Assembly: GCA_965248735.1 (NCBI GenBank)
Contig: OZ252146.1
Coordinates: forward strand, 4,050,925 to 4,114,924
DNA length: 64,000 bases
Source: Candidatus Aldehydirespirator sp.
Lineage (GTDB): Bacteria; Actinomycetota; Acidimicrobiia; Acidimicrobiales; Aldehydirespiratoraceae
Direction: 5' to 3'
The notes beneath the pieces were generated by a model that ran no database searches, was not told the origin of the DNA, and was given only the letters and a program-made list of their open reading frames with translations. Positions within the stretch are counted from its first letter, which is position 1. Every line of letters begins with the position of its first letter. Shown here piece after piece: positions 62,491 through 64,000 of this stretch. Made by a program: the position numbers and the translations under genes.

Positions 62491-63765
62491 CTAGCGTGCC
62501 CAAGTTCCGGACGACTCGATGGCCGGCGGGGCGGGATTGGGCCCGCAGCCGTAGCGCTCACCGTCGCCGGGGCCGTCGCCAGACGGCACGGTCAGCCCGG
62601 TGGCGAGCGAGTCGGCGGTAAGGCAGTCGGCCACAATGTTGTGGAAGCGGTGCAGCGGCTCCTCGAAGCGCGGCGACAGCGGCCCGGGCGGTGCGCCGCC
62701 GAGGGCCAGCCCCCGCTGGCCCCGCTCGCAGATGTCGATGTCCTCGCTGTTGATCTCGATCCAGAACTTGAGGGTCTCGGCCGCGGCGTCGCCGAAGGAC
62801 TCCGCCGGCGTGGACCCCGGCAGCAGCAGAGTGCAGTGCTCTCGAGTCGAACCCGATGACAGGGGCTCGAGCCGGGTCACGAAGGCGTGGCCGGGCAGCA
62901 CGGCCAGCAGCAGGTTGGGGAACACGGCCACGAACCGGCCGCTCACAGAGTCGGAGCTGTCGAGCCCCGCCGCGGGCGGCAGCACTAGCCAGTCGTCGCG
63001 CTCGTCGCTCGACACCGGCGTGGTGGTCTGGCCGCAGTACAGGCCCGGCCCCTGGTAGCGGTAGTGGTCGCGCACCCGCGACACCCGAGACAGCTCAGGA
63101 TGCACCCAGGCCAGGTGGTAGTACTCCTGGAAGTTCTCGGTGATCAGCTTCCAGTTGGCGGCCACGTCGAAGCTGCATCGCTCGTGGACGTACCAGCGGT
63201 CGAACCCGTAGCCGGCCATCCGCTCGGGCAGGTCGCCGAGCCATTCGGCCAGCGGCGGCGTGTGCTCGTCCAGGCACACGAACACGTCCATTCCCCACGA
63301 CTCCGCCCGCACCGGCAGCAGGGAGAACTCCCCCGCGTCGAAGTCGGGCCGGGGCACCTCGTCGAATAGCGGGGTGGCCACCAGGGAGCCGTCCAAGGCG
63401 TATCCCCAGCGGTGGTAGGGACAGCGGATCATCCGCGACACGGCGCAATCCTCGGAGGCCAACTCCGTGCCCCGGTGACGGCACGAGTTGACGAAGCCCC
63501 GCAGCACGCCGTCCCGGTCGCGGGTGATCAGCACCGACGTGCCGCCCACGGTGCGCACCAGCAGGCGGCCCGGCTCGGCCACGTCGGCCGCGGAGCCCAC
63601 CGCTACCCAGGCCCGGCCGAACAGACGATCCTGCTCCACCTCGAAGAAGCCATCGTCGGTGTAGGCGACGGGCTGGAGCCCAGTCGCCTGCTCCAGCGGC
63701 CGGTGGGTGCCCCACCAGAAGTCGTCCGATGTGAAGTCTCCGTCAAGGGCGGATGCCTGTCCCAT
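62491..63765 (-). CDS. Rieske [2Fe-2S] non-heme-iron oxygenase alpha subunit (GbcA/Stc2/CntA-like class)
   Basis: Rieske motif CRHRGTELA...CPYHRWGY. Catalytic-domain His pair region EYYHLAWVHPEL. Start set at internal ATG 63765. Confidence 0.85.
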   Translation of the reverse strand: MGQASALDGDFTSDDFWWGTHRPLEQATGLQPVAYTDDGFFEVEQDRLFGRAWVAVGSAADVAEPGRLLVRTVGGTSVLITRDRDGVLRGFVNSCRHRGTELASEDCAVSRMIRCPYHRWGYALDGSLVATPLFDEVPRPDFDAGEFSLLPVRAESWGMDVFVCLDEHTPPLAEWLGDLPERMAGYGFDRWYVHERCSFDVAANWKLITENFQEYYHLAWVHPELSRVSRVRDHYRYQGPGLYCGQTTTPVSSDERDDWLVLPPAAGLDSSDSVSGRFVAVFPNLLLAVLPGHAFVTRLEPLSSGSTREHCTLLLPGSTPAESFGDAAAETLKFWIEINSEDIDICERGQRGLALGGAPPGPLSPRFEEPLHRFHNIVADCLTADSLATGLTVPSGDGPGDGERYGCGPNPAPPAIESSGTWAR

Positions 63766-63829
63766 GGCGCGAAGTACACCACGGCCGCCCATGTGCCTGC
63801 AACGCTCCAGCCAAGACTGCCTCGCCCGT

Positions 63830-64000
63830 CTCCAGCGTTGTGGTTGCAAGAACCGGTCACGATGGCCAAAAAGCGCACACAGAATGGGCGGCAGCCAGGC
63901 CGCAGCCGCCCTCCAGCGTTCTGATTGCAGGAACCGGTCACTATTGCCAAGAAGCGCACACAGAATGGGCCGACGGTTGGGCGGCCGGCGGCCAGGCCGC
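63830..64000 (+). repeat. ~81-nt tandem repeat, at least 2 copies, truncated by the window end
   Basis: CTCCAGCGTTSTGRTTGCARGAACCGGTCACKATKGCCAARAAGCGCACACAGAATGGGC... occurs at 63830-63910 and again from 63911, upstream of the Rieske gene. Confidence 0.8.

Overview
High-GC (roughly 68-70 % by eye) actinobacterial-type chromosomal window; taxonomy is inferred only from composition and protein flavour. By eye I found no rRNA, tRNA, CRISPR array, integrase or transposase.

**1-20.6 kb: housekeeping and envelope genes.** These include a lipoprotein, a NUDIX hydrolase, a YcaQ/AlkZ-type glycosylase, leuS and an orphan CcmF-like heme lyase. A MoxR-DUF58-giant triple-VWA BatA-like operon and an ABC-2 exporter operon follow.

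**20.7-36.8 kb and 61-64 kb: one-carbon, choline and betaine metabolism.** The core is a complete corrinoid-dependent methyltransferase cluster: corrinoid protein, DUF1638 protein, a small basic protein, a methyl-THF:corrinoid methyltransferase, a RamA-like reductive activase and a non-pyrrolysine MttB-family methyltransferase. Around it lie metY, a BetA-like GMC oxidoreductase, a GFA protein, a 5'-truncated GcvT-type gene and a Rieske oxygenase. A visibly decayed Dpp/Opp ABC operon sits in between.

**39.3-60.9 kb: a ~21.6 kb defence/toxin-antitoxin island splitting that metabolic neighbourhood.**
- A PsyrTA/RqlHI-like pair (RecQ-PRTase plus DprA).
- A three-gene RelB/YefM-RelE-HigA module.
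- A SWIM protein divergent from an XRE-ImmA regulator.
- A low-GC cassette: a C5-methyltransferase translationally coupled to a GHKL-ATPase/PD-ExK nuclease fusion, plus an HNH protein.
- An operon of two paralogous mini membrane proteins, a PLD-SNF2 helicase and a type-ISP-like N6-methyltransferase.

**Unusual non-genic structure.**
- Two different tandem repeats (38 nt and 14 nt) each build chains of ATGA-overlapping mini-ORFs that run directly into the start codons of two genes of the methyltransferase cluster.
- A ~145-nt MITE-like element occurs in four copies.
- REP-like GAATTGGCAGCG repeats occur at three loci.
- An 81-nt tandem repeat sits at the right window edge.

Many long ORFs in the six-frame track are GC-rich shadow frames and were not called.
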